DNA of 63,061 nucleotides, filler included. It is 9 parts of 9 records of this genome, joined end to end, with 100 filler letters (N's around TTAATTAATTAA, not from the genome) between each part and the next. Parts side by side here need not be neighbours in the genome. Positions count along the whole stretch, not along the records: positions 21,903 to 26,341 come from SRR7504441_7656; positions 26,442 to 29,552 come from SRR7504441_7668; positions 29,653 to 32,824 come from SRR7504441_7669; positions 32,925 to 38,962 come from SRR7504441_7680; 5 more parts are not named here. One strand, given 5' to 3'. Below are positions 24,265 through 35,558 of this stretch, piece after piece. Position numbers and translations under genes: made by a program. The notes beneath the pieces are model-generated. The model saw only the letters and a program-made list of their open reading frames with translations, did no database searches and was not told the origin of the DNA. The stretch's first letter is position 1. Every line of letters starts with the position of its first letter.

Positions 24265-25789
24265 ATGGCACAGGCACCGCTGCTCACTCTGGTGTCCAGG
24301 GTGCGGCAATTCAGCGCCGACACCACCAACCACGGCTACATCGTGGACCAGCTCAGGTGCCGCCGCTGCCGCCCCGGGCCCAGCCCGCCCGCAGGTTCCT
24401 GCCGCACTGCGTGATCGTGATGAACAAGTACAAGCAGACCGAGCCGGAGGTGGTCGCCGACGCGGTGGCCATCGTCAGGAACGTGGCCATCAACCCGGAT
24501 TTCGTCACCGCCGTGGCCTTCGAGCCGCGCCTGGCCGCCGAGCTCTACACCGTGCGGAGGTGCGGCCCGGGGCGCGGGGGGCGGCCGAGGCGCGACGGGC
24601 AGCACGATCGGGTTGGAGAAGCAAGTGCGGCACAACGCCACGCAGGCGCTGCGGGAGATCAAGGAGCACACGCCCGCGCACATCATCGAGGAGCACCTGG
24701 CCTGGCTGCTCGACGAGGGTCCGCCGGCGGCAGGGCGGCCGGGCTGAGCCGGTGCAGACCTCGAGGATTTCAACAACCCGGCCAACGGGAGGGACGGGCC
24801 GAGCGACGAGCCGGCCTTCGCGAAGCCGACCCATAAGGACCCAGAGTGGGTGCGGGCCTGGGCCGGGCCGCGGGCCGAGACTGTGGGCCAGTTTGTGCTG
24901 GAGGTGCCGGAGCTGGCGAATGGGAACTCACAGATCGAGCTGATCATGCAGCAGAAGTGCCGGTGCGCCCCGCCGCGGCCGGCCGGCGTCGACTGCGCGG
25001 CCAGCGGGATCCTGTCGATGCGGCGCGGGAAGGACAAAGACGCCGCCAACACCCTGATCGTGACCTGCCTTACTACCCACTCCAAAGCGAGCGTGCTCAA
25101 GGCACAGCCCGCAGCCCCGCCACCCTGACCAGCCCGCCAGGAGTGCACCGACGCGCTGTTCCAGGCCCGGGCGCTGGTCCGCAGCACCGGCCGGTCCGGC
25201 AGAGGCATGCCCAGCGAGTCTCCACGATCACCCGATAACGAGTGCTGCGCCACTGTCGACGACAGCGACAAGTGGCCCGGCGCGGCCCGGCGCGGCCGAG
25301 CTGGGCGGGCAGGTCGCCGTCGAAGTCGCCGCCGCTCGGGTCGATTAGCGAGTGCAGTGAGCAGACCTCTTGTGCGGAGGGAAAGCCGAGGACTAGCACC
25401 CCGGGCACACCCGCCACGCCGGCGCTCAAGAGAGCATCGGTCAAGGGCGCGTTCAAGAACCGGAAGCGCGACTCGTTCGCCGGGCGCGGGGTCCAGGCGG
25501 CACGGGCCGAGTATTTGGATATGGATAAAATGATGGCTGGAGACTATAACCTGACGTAAGTCGCCAGTCACCCGGCCGCCGCGCTGAGCTGTTACAGGTT
25601 CGGGGGCTACGATAGCTCGCTGTCGGCCAGGAAGCAGCGCAAGAAGCTGCAGCAGGAGCAGAAGGCGCGCTCGGGCCGTTTGGCTGGCTGAGGGTGTCGT
25701 TGCAGGCGAAGAACGAGACTTCTTACTTTCAGAAAATGTCTAGTTACGTCTCAACAGGTGTGACGTGGCTCTGGGGCTCGGCGGCATGA
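24265..25789 (+). CDS. ARMC1: ARMC1-like protein
   Basis: Spliced N-terminus LVSRVRQFSADTTNHGYIVDQLRFLP...VVADAVAIVRNVA...EPRLAAEL resembles the ARMC1 ARM region; C-terminal EYLD...SYFQKMSSYVSTGVTWLW. Confidence 0.65.
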
Positions 25790-26164
25790 AACGCTCATCA
25801 AGATGGCCGCCGGACGTGAATAATCACACGGTGGCCGATCAATCAGCATTAATGATACAAGTTAGTCAAGAGACACGGAGCTCGATTACAGAGCTCTCAA
25901 TTACATCGTACAAGTTTACTACTATTAAATCGCAATGTCGTGTACAATCGTTGCCTGTAGCAAGACAGGTGCCTACAATTGAGAGACCTATCGCGATACT
26001 ATCACGATACACAAGTTTTAATATGAATTTTGAATTGACTAGCTGTCTTGACAGAATTGATAGTGACGGGATTGTTGTGCGATACAGTATGATTGGCCAC
26101 GCATTGGCATCTAGCTACACCAATCGCAGGTAGTCTGCTGGCGGGACACCAACGGGCCCTGAGC

Positions 26165-26341
26165 TCAATGGGTGGCGATCTCTGTAACGATCCGCTGGAC
26201 GGCCTGGAGCGTCTCCTGGATGTTTTGGTTGAACTCATCGTCGTCGGCTGAATCCTCAAAGCTGACAACCCCATCCAGCTGGCTGATCGACGCCTGCAGC
26301 CGGCCCTCCGAGATGATGGTCGAGAGCTGCTTCTCGGTCTG
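26165..26341 (-). CDS. 3' end of a PCI-domain protein, COP9 signalosome subunit 4-like
   Basis: TEKQLSTIISEGRLQASISQLDGVVSFE...NIQETLQAVQRIV resembles the CSN4 C-terminus. Confidence 0.65.
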   Translation of the reverse strand, partial: QTEKQLSTIISEGRLQASISQLDGVVSFEDSADDDEFNQNIQETLQAVQRIVTEIATH

Positions 26342-26441
26342 NNNNNNNNNNNNNNNNNNNNNNNNNNNNNNNNNNNNNNNNNNNNTTAATTAATTAANNN
26401 NNNNNNNNNNNNNNNNNNNNNNNNNNNNNNNNNNNNNNNNN
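26342..26441. other. Artificial contig linker
   Basis: N44-TTAATTAATTAA-N44. Confidence 0.98.
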
Positions 26442-26478
26442 GCACCCTTGCTCAGAGTGTGACACTTGCTCTCTCAGG

Positions 26479-26925
26479 TACTTTAAGAATGTGATCATGG
26501 ACAATCAAAGTGAAGCGGACTCCTGGAAGGCCTTTGAAATGTTTTGTCAGAATAAGCTTCATGTATCAACAAAGCATGCCAGTTGCTCAAGTGAGGAGGA
26601 TGAGAGGGACATCAGGGCGCAAATCGAGAGCAATGGCGGCTACGAGCTCATCGACAATGTGATCTTTGAACGACGGAAACAATTAGCACGGAGGATGCTT
26701 GCGGGAGCAGGCCTTCCTCAGATGCCCCCGGGCTGGTTTGGAGGTTCTGGTTTGCCTACTTTGCCTACCAGCGAGCTTGCTTCACCTTCACATGCTCAGC
26801 TGCAGGTCGGTGTAGCAGCCTCTGCTATGGAGGTTGCGTCCATCCCGACTATCACCATGGGGTCACCCGATCTAGAAGAAGATCTGCAAGAATCAGATGA
26901 AGTTCACATGAGCGTCGAACTGTAA
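26479..26925 (+). CDS. Last exon of a hypothetical protein (5'-truncated)
   Basis: Acceptor ctctcag| followed by an open frame (ASCSSEEDERDIRAQIESNGGYELID) ending before an AT-rich spacer. Confidence 0.5.
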   Translation, partial: YFKNVIMDNQSEADSWKAFEMFCQNKLHVSTKHASCSSEEDERDIRAQIESNGGYELIDNVIFERRKQLARRMLAGAGLPQMPPGWFGGSGLPTLPTSELASPSHAQLQVGVAASAMEVASIPTITMGSPDLEEDLQESDEVHMSVEL

Positions 26926-27222
26926 TTAATTAACCAATTATTAACGAGGTCATCAGTACACGAACTAGGAGTGTTGACGGAGTTAGTACTCGTACACGTT
27001 GAGTTTTGTTCACTTGAGGAGCGACTCTGAGTCCTGAAGTGTTGGTATAAGTTCTGGCCCGTAGATTATTTACTTGTATGTAATTTTATTGTAATTTAGT
27101 AAACAAGACTTGAAATCGTTGAACACTCGAAGCTGCTCGACGTCAGCTCCTGAGCTGAAAATTCCCGCGCTCGTCTTTTGGATTGACTTGGCGAGCGAAG
27201 AGCGGGCACTTGCGCGCACGCA

Positions 27223-29552
27223 ATGACGCCTGCACTCTCACCGAAGCGCCGGGCCTCGTCTCAGCTTCTGGAGCTGTGCGCCGCCGATGACGACTACGAC
27301 GGCCCGTCCGTGATCAGCAGCCCTGCCGGTCCGCCCCCCTCCCCCGGCGCCCCGACGGCTGAGCTGTGCGTGTTCTGACAGCCCTTGAGAAGCGGGCCGT
27401 CGAGCCGGTGCCCCCCGGGACGCGGGCGCGGGCGGCTGAGTCGCGGGCAGGTGGGCGAGGGGTTTGAGCGCAAGCTGGCCGGGCTGTACATAGATGGAGT
27501 GGCCCCGCTGGAGCTGTCGGACGGACCGGACGGGGTCGGGGCCGAGCGCGAGGGCTGGGACGGCAAGGATGAGGACACCGAGGTGGGCCACCCGGTGGGC
27601 GGGCGGGGGATGAGTCTGACGGGCAGCTGGACGAGGCTTTCCGGAAGGCGAAGGAGCGCCGGAGGAAGAAGAAGAAGGATAAGGTGACCAGCGTAGTTGG
27701 CGTACTATAGTAGGTACAGCAGCCGCATTGGCCACTAGCAGTCCGGGTACAAGCCGGGTGGCTGATCAGGCTGGCAGGGCGAGGACGAAGATGACAACGA
27801 GGACTACTACAAGATACTGGGGCTGCAGGTGCATCCGTGCTGGGCTGGCCCGCTCAGCGGCTCGAGCAGCTCATGCGAGTGGAGGCCACGGAGGACGACA
27901 TCAAGGCGGCCTACCGGAAGATGTCGCTCAAGTTCCACCCGGACCGGAATGTGGGCGCCGACGCCGAGGTGGGCGGCCACGCTGGGCGGCGCTCACGGTG
28001 GCGGCCAGAGCGCAGCCGAGAAGTTTAAACAAGTCCAGCGGGCGTACGACAACCTGAGCGACCCCGCCAAGCGCCGGGCAACCCGGGGTGGGCCTGTCAG
28101 CTGCTGAGCGGTGGGGCAGGTGTTTGATTCGATCGTGGAGGAGAAGTTTGATGAAATACCTACCGGAAATGAGGAGGGGGACTTCTTTGAGGTATACGGC
28201 CCAGTGTTCAGACGGTTCTCGCGGTGGTCCGAGGCCAAGAACTGCCCGCAGCTCGGGGACGAGCAGGACGAGATCGCGCTGGTGGATGGGTTTTATGAAT
28301 TTTGGTTTGATTTCAAATCGTGGCGAGACTTTTCATTCGACGACGAGCACGATGTAGAGGACGCCGAGTGCCGGGAGGAGAAGCGGTGGATGGAGCGGGA
28401 GAATGAGAAAACCCGGCGCAAGTACAAGAAGGAGGAGGCCGGTCGGATCCGCAAGCTGGTGCAGTTGGCGCTCGATCGTGACCCTCGAATCATTAGGCAC
28501 CGTGAGGAGCAAGAGGCGGAGAAGAAGCGGCTGCGGAAGCAAAAATTTGAGCGAAGGGAGGCGGAGCGGGCCGACCAACTGGCGGCGCAGCAGGCGGTGG
28601 AAGACGCCAAGGCCCAGGAGGCGGAGCAGGCTAAGCTGACGGCAGCGGAGGAGAAGAAGAAGGCGCAGCACTACAAGAAGCAATGCCAGACAGAGCGGAA
28701 GAGGTTGCGCAAGATCTGTGCTAACCTTCTGGAGGCCCGGCCGGAGATGCAGTGGGAGGTAGACCAGTGCATGGAGGGCCAAACACTCGAGAAGCTCAAG
28801 CAGCTGGGCGACGAGTGGTCGGTCGAGCCTTCAGACGAGTCTCTCGCCACGGTCCTGCAGCAGACAGCTGAGGAGACTAAGCGGTCCGCTGAAGAGCGCT
28901 GCGAGGAGGCCAAGCTGGCCGCGGCAGAGAAGGCGCGCGAGGCGGAGGCTGTGCGGCTTGAGGCGAGCAAGATTGTATGGACAAGGGAGGAGCTGAGGCT
29001 ACTCTCCAAGGGTGTGAAGAAGTTCCCGCCAGGCATGTCAAATCGGTGGGGCCGCATCGCTGAGTTTATAGGCGGCAACCACCCAGAGTCCGAAGTGATC
29101 AAGGCTTGCAAGAACGGAGTGCCGCAGGAAAAGGACGGGGATGCTTTCGAGGAGTTCCTTAGCTTTAGGAACTCATCTGGTAAGCGAGAAGAGAGCAAAC
29201 AGGCCGGGCTGGAGGGAGATAAATCTGTGGACGCCTGGACTAACGCCAAGCTCTCTGACCGGATGCAAGCGGCGGAGGAAGCGGTCAAAAAGCGCGAGGC
29301 CGAGGAGAAAGTCCAAGCTCAGGTGGCTGCAGAAATCGAAAAGCAAGAGCAGCAACCGCCAGTGAGGAAAGAGCAGCCGGCCAAGGAAAGGAAGAAGTCC
29401 GTCGACAATGACGTGTGGACTCCTGAGCAGCAGCAGGCACTAGAGAAAGCCCTCAAGGCACACCCCTCTTCGGACAAGGAGCGCTGGGACAAAATCGCAA
29501 CTGATGTGGGCAAGACTCGCAAGCAGGTGATAAAGCGGTGCAAGGAGATACG
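27223..29552 (+). CDS. DNAJC2: DNAJC2/MPP11/zuotin-related ribosome-associated J-protein with SANT domains, 3'-truncated
   Basis: RAVEP|VG, DYYKILGL, HPD, FYEFWFDFKSWRDF, REEKRWMEREN, DPRI, two SANT domains (WTREE, WTPEQQQALEKAL); 7 short introns. Confidence 0.93.
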
Positions 29553-29652
29553 NNNNNNNNNNNNNNNNNNNNNNNNNNNNNNNNNNNNNNNNNNNNTTAA
29601 TTAATTAANNNNNNNNNNNNNNNNNNNNNNNNNNNNNNNNNNNNNNNNNNNN
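29553..29652. other. Artificial contig linker
   Basis: N44-TTAATTAATTAA-N44. Confidence 0.98.
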
Positions 29653-29771
29653 TCTGGGTGGTTGATTATGGCTCGATTTTAACGTATATGGTGACGATAA
29701 CTACTGAACTCTCTAGGACTCTATATGCTATAATAAGTCAGCGCGTCCAACCGGACGGAACCTTAAAACCT

Positions 29772-31385
29772 TCAGTCCACGTCACCGTCGATTTTGAGGC
29801 CGTTGGGGCCGCTCACCTGCTCGGCCGGTCAGAGGCTAGTCGAGGCCATAGCGCACCGCCCCCGAGATCGTACCCTGAAGCTGCTCTAGGTACTGCTTCA
29901 GCTGCCGGCCAGCTCAGACCAGCGGCAGGACCTTGGCACCGATTCGAACAGCGGATCGTCGGCCCTATGCAGCTCAAGATCCGCCTGGCATTTGGCCTGC
30001 TTGGTTGCAGCCAGCTGCACTTTAAGCCGCGCGTCGGCCGTTCGCGCGTCGAGCGCCTGCTGCTCTCGTCGGTGAGCCTCACTGGCTTCCCGCAGAGCAT
30101 TGGCCGCCTGGTCCTTGACAGCTCGAGATTGGTCGAGCTGGCCTTGCAGTTGAGCAATCCGGCTCTGCAGCGCCAATTCGGTCTCCTTCAACTTGCCCTC
30201 GTCCTCGGCCCTCGCCAGCTGCGCATACAGCTGCCCCAGACTCGGCCCCGCGCTACGCCCCGGGCACCTCATCCATCTGGACCTGCACCTCTCTGTTCGT
30301 CTGCTTTGCCTGCTCCACCTCTGCCAGCAGCGCACCGGAGGCCGCCTGCCCCTCCACTCCAGCCCTCGCCCGCACCGGCAGGCCCACCTTCGCCCGTGCC
30401 TCGAGCCCCACTAAGGCCGACTGGACCCGCAGCAGCAAGAGCACCCTAACGCTCCAAGTGAGCACAGCCCGGCCGCCCGGCCACCAGTCACGCAGGTCGG
30501 TTGGCGGCGGCTCCAGCGCCTGGAACCAGCGCTCAAACTCGATGGGGGTCTCCAATTGAAGCAGCCCGAGCAGCTGCTGCAGATGTTTGGAGCTCTTGCC
30601 TGCCCTGGGGCTCCTGCCAGGTCGGCCGGCCGCGGCACCGTCGGCGAGGCTGGCTGTTTGCTGCTTCTCACGCAACAGGAGCTGGCCGATGATCTGCATC
30701 AGCCTCTGGGAGGCCTCGAGCAGCTCATCGCGCGCGGCCCCGGCCGGCTCGGGCCTCTGGATAACCAGCTCGAGGATCTTAGTCCCGTGTGCCAACCTGC
30801 GCGCAGTCAGTCTGCTGGAGCCATCGACCGGCACCACTCGCCAAGCAGTCGCTCGGCCTCGGGGCAGTTCTCTTCCATCGGGTTGATCCGCATCAGCGCC
30901 TCCTCCTTCTTGGCCTCCTCCTTCGCTTCTCGGAGAGATTCCTCCTTCGCTCGGATCAGGTCCGACTTGGCTTGGTCCTCCTTCCAGCCGGCCTGGGCAC
31001 GCAGCGCGCTCTCGCGCTTGGGCCGCTTGGTCTGGCGGTTCCCGTCAGCCGCATTCACCGGGATCTGAGCGAAGTAGTTCTTCAGGTCCACGGCTCGCTT
31101 CCGGCGCCCGGGTTCGGGGTCGCCGCGCGCAGCGTTGGTTCGGGCGATCTCGCGGCAGCTCTTGACGTTGTCGTCCAGCTCGTCCGGCGAGAACCCGGCC
31201 TTCTCGACCAGCCACATGCACGCCTGCGGGCAGATCTTCTCGGCGGCCACGTGCAGCAGGGTGGACTTGCGCGAGTTTTTGATTTGCCGGAGCTCCAGCC
31301 CGCGCTGCTCCTGGTCGATCAGCCAGCGGACCGCCTCCTCGTCCTCGTTGCACAGCCGCACAAACTCGTCGAACACGCCCTGCAT
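29772..31385 (-). CDS. Ankyrin-like repeat + coiled-coil hypothetical protein (multi-exon)
   Basis: STLLHVAA ankyrin-like motif; downstream coiled-coil exons joined by short introns; 3' end approximate. Confidence 0.55.
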
Positions 31386-31489
31386 CGTCGCCCGGCCGCT
31401 GGCCCCGTGCCCCGCCGCCCTACCGCAGAGCCGGTTCTCCGCCGCTGTGTGAGTGATCCGAGCCGGAAGGCTCCGGATCCGCGTCCGTT

Positions 31490-32776
31490 ATGCTGGACCA
31501 GCCGGACACAGTGTCGAGATCGCTGATGGGCAACAGTGTGAATCGAAGCACCAGACCAGCCGCGATCGACTCTCCCGACGCACGCCGGCTCGGGTTGGTC
31601 CTGTTCCTGGTCCAGGAGTCGGCCTTGCTCTCGCCTTGCCTTCTGGCCCGCCTGGCGCTAACATGCCGATCGTGCGCCGACCCCGCTGCCTGCACCCGAG
31701 AGGCAGCGTTTGAAGCCGCCTTCCGCCACCGGTTCCCATGGGCCGCACAGCTCACCCTGGCCGAAACCAGCCACTTCTGGTGCGACCACGTGGACTGCCA
31801 CCGCGACATCTCGCGCCGGCCAGCGCCGGAATCGTGGCAACATTTGCTCCAAATGATCGCCGCAGAAACAGCCGAGAGCGAACATCTCGCGGCGGCCCCG
31901 ATAGCGAGGGAGCGCTCTCAGGGCGGGATGCTGGCAGGCGCGGTCCGTTGGCTGCGGGAGGGCCGAGTCGAGCCGAGAGCTGCGGTGGTCGGACTCGAAG
32001 GTGTCGGTAAGACCACGATCATGTACAAGTTGCGCGGGGTCGAGCAAGACAACATGCCGTCGCCGAGGATGTTGCATGACCACCAGTTCGGTGTGCGCGA
32101 CCGACAGTTCGGTAACCTGATGATGTGTGATATTGACGGTAAGATGTTCGGATCGGAGAAGGTGCGGCCACTCCTTCGGCACTATTGGACTCATGCGGAT
32201 GCGATTGTGTTTGTGGTGAACGTCAGCGACACTGAGCGGATCCCGGAGGCCGCCCGGGAGCTGCACGCGCTGTTGAATGAGACCATGCTGCTCAAAGCGC
32301 CGCGAATGCCGGTTTTGATCTTTGCTAACAAATATGACTTGTCGCAAATGCCCACATTGGAATTATGGGACGCGATGCGATTAGGCGCGTTTGATCAGGG
32401 CAATCTTCCGGCAATGTTTGGGCGTTTTGATATCTGTCTTCAACCTTGCATAGCCAAGACTGGAGAAGGGCTATTCGAAGGGTTTGAATGGCTGCAGAGT
32501 CAGCTGCCAGAGTTTGCAGGACCAGGCTCGAGTTCCGAACGCGCTCTCGGTTTTCAAACGGCTGCAAGTGTCTCCAATGCCTCCGTCGACCACGCATGGG
32601 TTCATACCACGCCCTACCAGTTGCAGTGTCACGCCGCCGATGCATCCTACCGGTTCGCGCCTGTTCGTAATAGCGTGAGTGGGGCCGCCCATCCTTGGTA
32701 CGCCGAGAATGACTCTGTTCATTGCGAAGGGGGTCGGGCAATTTATGTGCCAGCAAGTATCAGGGGCTCGGAATAA
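31490..32776 (+). CDS. Arf-family GTPase domain fused to an N-terminal F-box-like region, intronless
   Basis: GLEGVGKTTIMYKL, KVRPLLRHYW, IVFVVNVSDTERI, LIFANKYD, CIAKTGEGLFEGFEWL; N-terminal LLSPCLLARLALTCRS. Confidence 0.8.
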   Translation: MLDQPDTVSRSLMGNSVNRSTRPAAIDSPDARRLGLVLFLVQESALLSPCLLARLALTCRSCADPAACTREAAFEAAFRHRFPWAAQLTLAETSHFWCDHVDCHRDISRRPAPESWQHLLQMIAAETAESEHLAAAPIARERSQGGMLAGAVRWLREGRVEPRAAVVGLEGVGKTTIMYKLRGVEQDNMPSPRMLHDHQFGVRDRQFGNLMMCDIDGKMFGSEKVRPLLRHYWTHADAIVFVVNVSDTERIPEAARELHALLNETMLLKAPRMPVLIFANKYDLSQMPTLELWDAMRLGAFDQGNLPAMFGRFDICLQPCIAKTGEGLFEGFEWLQSQLPEFAGPGSSSERALGFQTAASVSNASVDHAWVHTTPYQLQCHAADASYRFAPVRNSVSGAAHPWYAENDSVHCEGGRAIYVPASIRGSE

Positions 32777-32824
32777 ACCAGTCTCGCAGAGCGTGTGTGA
32801 TTAAAAGTATAATACAATTTTATA

Positions 32825-32924
32825 NNNNNNNNNNNNNNNNNNNNNNNNNNNNNNNNNNNNNNNNNNNNTTAATTAATTAANNNNNNNNNNNNNNNNNNNN
32901 NNNNNNNNNNNNNNNNNNNNNNNN
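32825..32924. other. Artificial contig linker
   Basis: N44-TTAATTAATTAA-N44. Confidence 0.98.
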
Positions 32925-33015
32925 TATAGCATTCGTCCACAGCACTTACGGTGCACATTACGATAATTTAATCTATTCTTGGTGATACGAATCTTGTGCA
33001 GCCGGCGCACAGTTG

Positions 33016-33651
33016 TCATAACTTGCGAATCTCTCTCTCCCGCTCTACTCTGCGCTGCCTGTCGTTCTCGTTTTCGGCTGCGAGTACCTCGAGCGCGCGC
33101 GCTTGTTTGGCTTCGGCCTCCAGCTCGGCCGCCGAGTCCCCCACAGGCCTGCGCTCGTTACTCCGCGCCCAGCCTCTGTGGCAGCTGGCCATCGCCACTG
33201 TGGCCGTGCTGATCGTGGGGCAGACCTGCGGCTTCGTCCGGCCGGCCGGCTGGACCAGGCCAGCACCTCTGAGATGAGCGAGCGACTCGGCGGCTCCTCC
33301 GGTCTGGCCATCCCCTGTGGCGTCAGTTTGCGCAGCTCGTCGCTCAGGAGTTGCTGCCCCGGTCCAGTCTGCCAGCACAGAGGCGGCGGTCACCTGGGCG
33401 GCCTTGGTGGCTGCCATCATCTTGGCCATCCGCTCCTCGCTGTCACCGCTCTCGCTGGAGGAGGACGACGACGAACTCGAGCGCTTTCTCCGCTTCTTCT
33501 TCTTCTTCTTCTTCTCCTTCTTGTGCTTTCTCTTACTCTTCTTCTTCTTCTTAGCAGGCGGCTCCGCGGGCGATTGCTCGCTGTCCCGCTGCCGCTTGGG
33601 CCCCTCGTGCAGCTTCAGCCCGTCCGTCGCTGCCCCGGCCTCCTGCTCCAT
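33016..33651 (-). CDS. Lys/Ser-rich hypothetical (nuclear-type) protein, multi-exon
   Basis: Poly-K then poly-S tract; short introns; 3' end uncertain. Confidence 0.5.
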   Translation of the reverse strand: MEQEAGAATDGLKLHEGPKRQRDSEQSPAEPPAKKKKKSKRKHKKEKKKKKKKRRKRSSSSSSSSSESGDSEERMAKMMAATKAAQVTAASVLADWTGAATPERRAAQTDATGDGQTGGAAESLAHLRGAGLVQPAGRTKPQVCPTISTATVAMASCHRGWARSNERRPVGDSAAELEAEAKQARALEVLAAENENDRQRRVEREREIRKL

Positions 33652-33742
33652 CCTGGCTCACATCCAGAGAGCACCGCCGTGAGCGCTGCCGCGAGGCGTT
33701 GCCGTTGGAGCCGGCCGGTGTACAGCACTACAGCTGCCGGGG

Positions 33743-35311
33743 ATGAGCTGGTCGCCGGGCCGAGGGCGGGGGCGTTCGCGCAGCCGCTCGCCAGCTGGAG
33801 GGCACGGGCAGCCGGTGCTGCGGTGTGGGCGCGCTGGTCTGAGGCCGGGGGCAGCCGGACGAGCGCAAAGTGTACGTCGGGAACATCTCGCACGACTGGG
33901 GCAAGCCGGAGGTTCAGAGGGAGTTCGGGCTGTACGGCGAGATCTTGTGACCGGCCGGGCACCCGGCTGCAGCAGCGGCGGGCAGGGAGATCCACCTGCC
34001 CAGCACCACCAAGGGGATCTGCTTTGTCACCTTCGAGAGGGCCGACTGTGCGAGGACGGTGCAGCCCCGGCCGGGCGCGCGCAGACCGCAGGCCAGTGCA
34101 TCGACAAGGCCAACGGGAGCAGTATCAACGGACACGTCGTCAAGGTTAGCCGGGTGGTGGGCGGCCAGCGACAGTGTGGCCAGGTGTCGCGGGCCTTCAG
34201 AAAGTCACAGGGCAAAGGAGCCAGCCCAGCGGGCAGAGGGCAGCGGGGCGGCAAGGGCGGCGACGGTGGCTGGTGGCCCGGGCTGCCCAGCAGGCAGCTG
34301 AGAGCGTGCGACAGGGCCGGCGACCGTCACGACCCGCGGGATCGGGACCACGGGAGAAGCGGGCCTCGCGACAGGGAGTACGACCAGCGCAGCCCCTACA
34401 GTGACGACCGAGGCTACGAGAGAGGGGAGCGAGGCGGGTACCGGGAGGACCGGCGGGACTGGGAGCGGTGGGTCGACTGTGGCCTGGGGGGGGGAGGCTC
34501 AGGCCGGACAGGCGAGAGCCGCGCCGCCCTGAGCCGCATCAGCCAGTGGGCGGGCCGGCGAGGCCTGCGAAGGCAAAGATGAGCGAAGCGGAGCTGCTTC
34601 AGCTGCGCGAGCTGAGCGAGAGTATGACTCGGCTGGAGCAGCAATTGGCCCAGCTCCGACGGGCGGAGCTCACCGCCAAAAAGACTGCCATCGATGTGCA
34701 GCCTGTGCGCCGCTGAGAGAGCTGAGCCAGCGTGTCAGGCGCGGGAGCTGAAGGAGCAAGCGCTCGGCGAGGCTGATCGGCTGCAGAAGGAGCGGACGGA
34801 GGCAGAGCAACGGGCGGGTGAGCTTGACGAGCTGGCTGGCAAGCTCGAGAAAGAGCTGTCTCGATATACGGTCGACAGCGACACTTGGAAGCGAGAGTAT
34901 GAGGCTAAGAAACGCGGGCTGGAACAGATGGCTGCGCTCACTGGGGAGCTCATGGCCAGCCAGGAGGCGGTCGAGGCGAGTAAGGCCAGGTTCGAGCAGC
35001 TTACCAAGGCAATCCGCCCACACGTGCGCTGCCGCTGATCATCCGGGCAGGAGCGTGCTGAGCGCTTTAGTCAACTAACGGTGGCGCTGGCGGCCGGCTC
35101 GAGCCGAAGGAAGCCGGCGCCTGCCCCGATGATGGGTGCGCCACCTCCGATGGTGAGGCGGGCTGTAGAGTGGCGGATGAGCCTGGGCCAGATGCAGGCA
35201 CCGGCTCAAGCGACAGTGAAGAAAGCACCGGCTCAAGACCCGCAGGATGGCGGGACTCGGCAGCCACTCTCTTTTAGTATGTATGGTGTCGCGGCCAAAA
35301 GGAAAGGCTAG
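33743..35311 (+). CDS. RRM + RS/RD-rich + coiled-coil RNA-binding protein
   Basis: Spliced RRM: KVYVGNI (RNP2), KGICFVTF (RNP1), NGSSINGHVVK|VSRA; 8 short introns. Confidence 0.8.
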
Positions 35312-35474
35312 GGGGTTGGACACTAGGGGGTGCGCAGTGTTCTGTGGTCGCTCAATATGAACACTCACAATTTGATCATCTTGAATGATTCAATGTTCAT
35401 TGCGTAGTTCATTGCGTATTAATTACAAGTATTAATTAAATGATCTGAAAGACCACTTCAGATGTCTAAAGTAC

Positions 35475-35517
35475 GGGGATAAATCCTCAGAATCTGATCT
35501 TTTTGCGAAATCTTAAT
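35475..35517 (+). repeat. 43-bp dispersed repeat, copy 1
   Basis: ggggataaatcctcagaatctgatctttttgcgaaatcttaat; 40/43 identical to the reverse complement of 39136-39178. Confidence 0.85.
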
Positions 35518-35558
35518 GGCATGGCCAGATGCTATTATTTCAAAGTGTAGCCATGGAT

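Noticed and set aside
26129-26176. Possible terminal GC-AG intron extending the CSN4-like C-terminus
   Set aside because: Weak donor context and no independent support.
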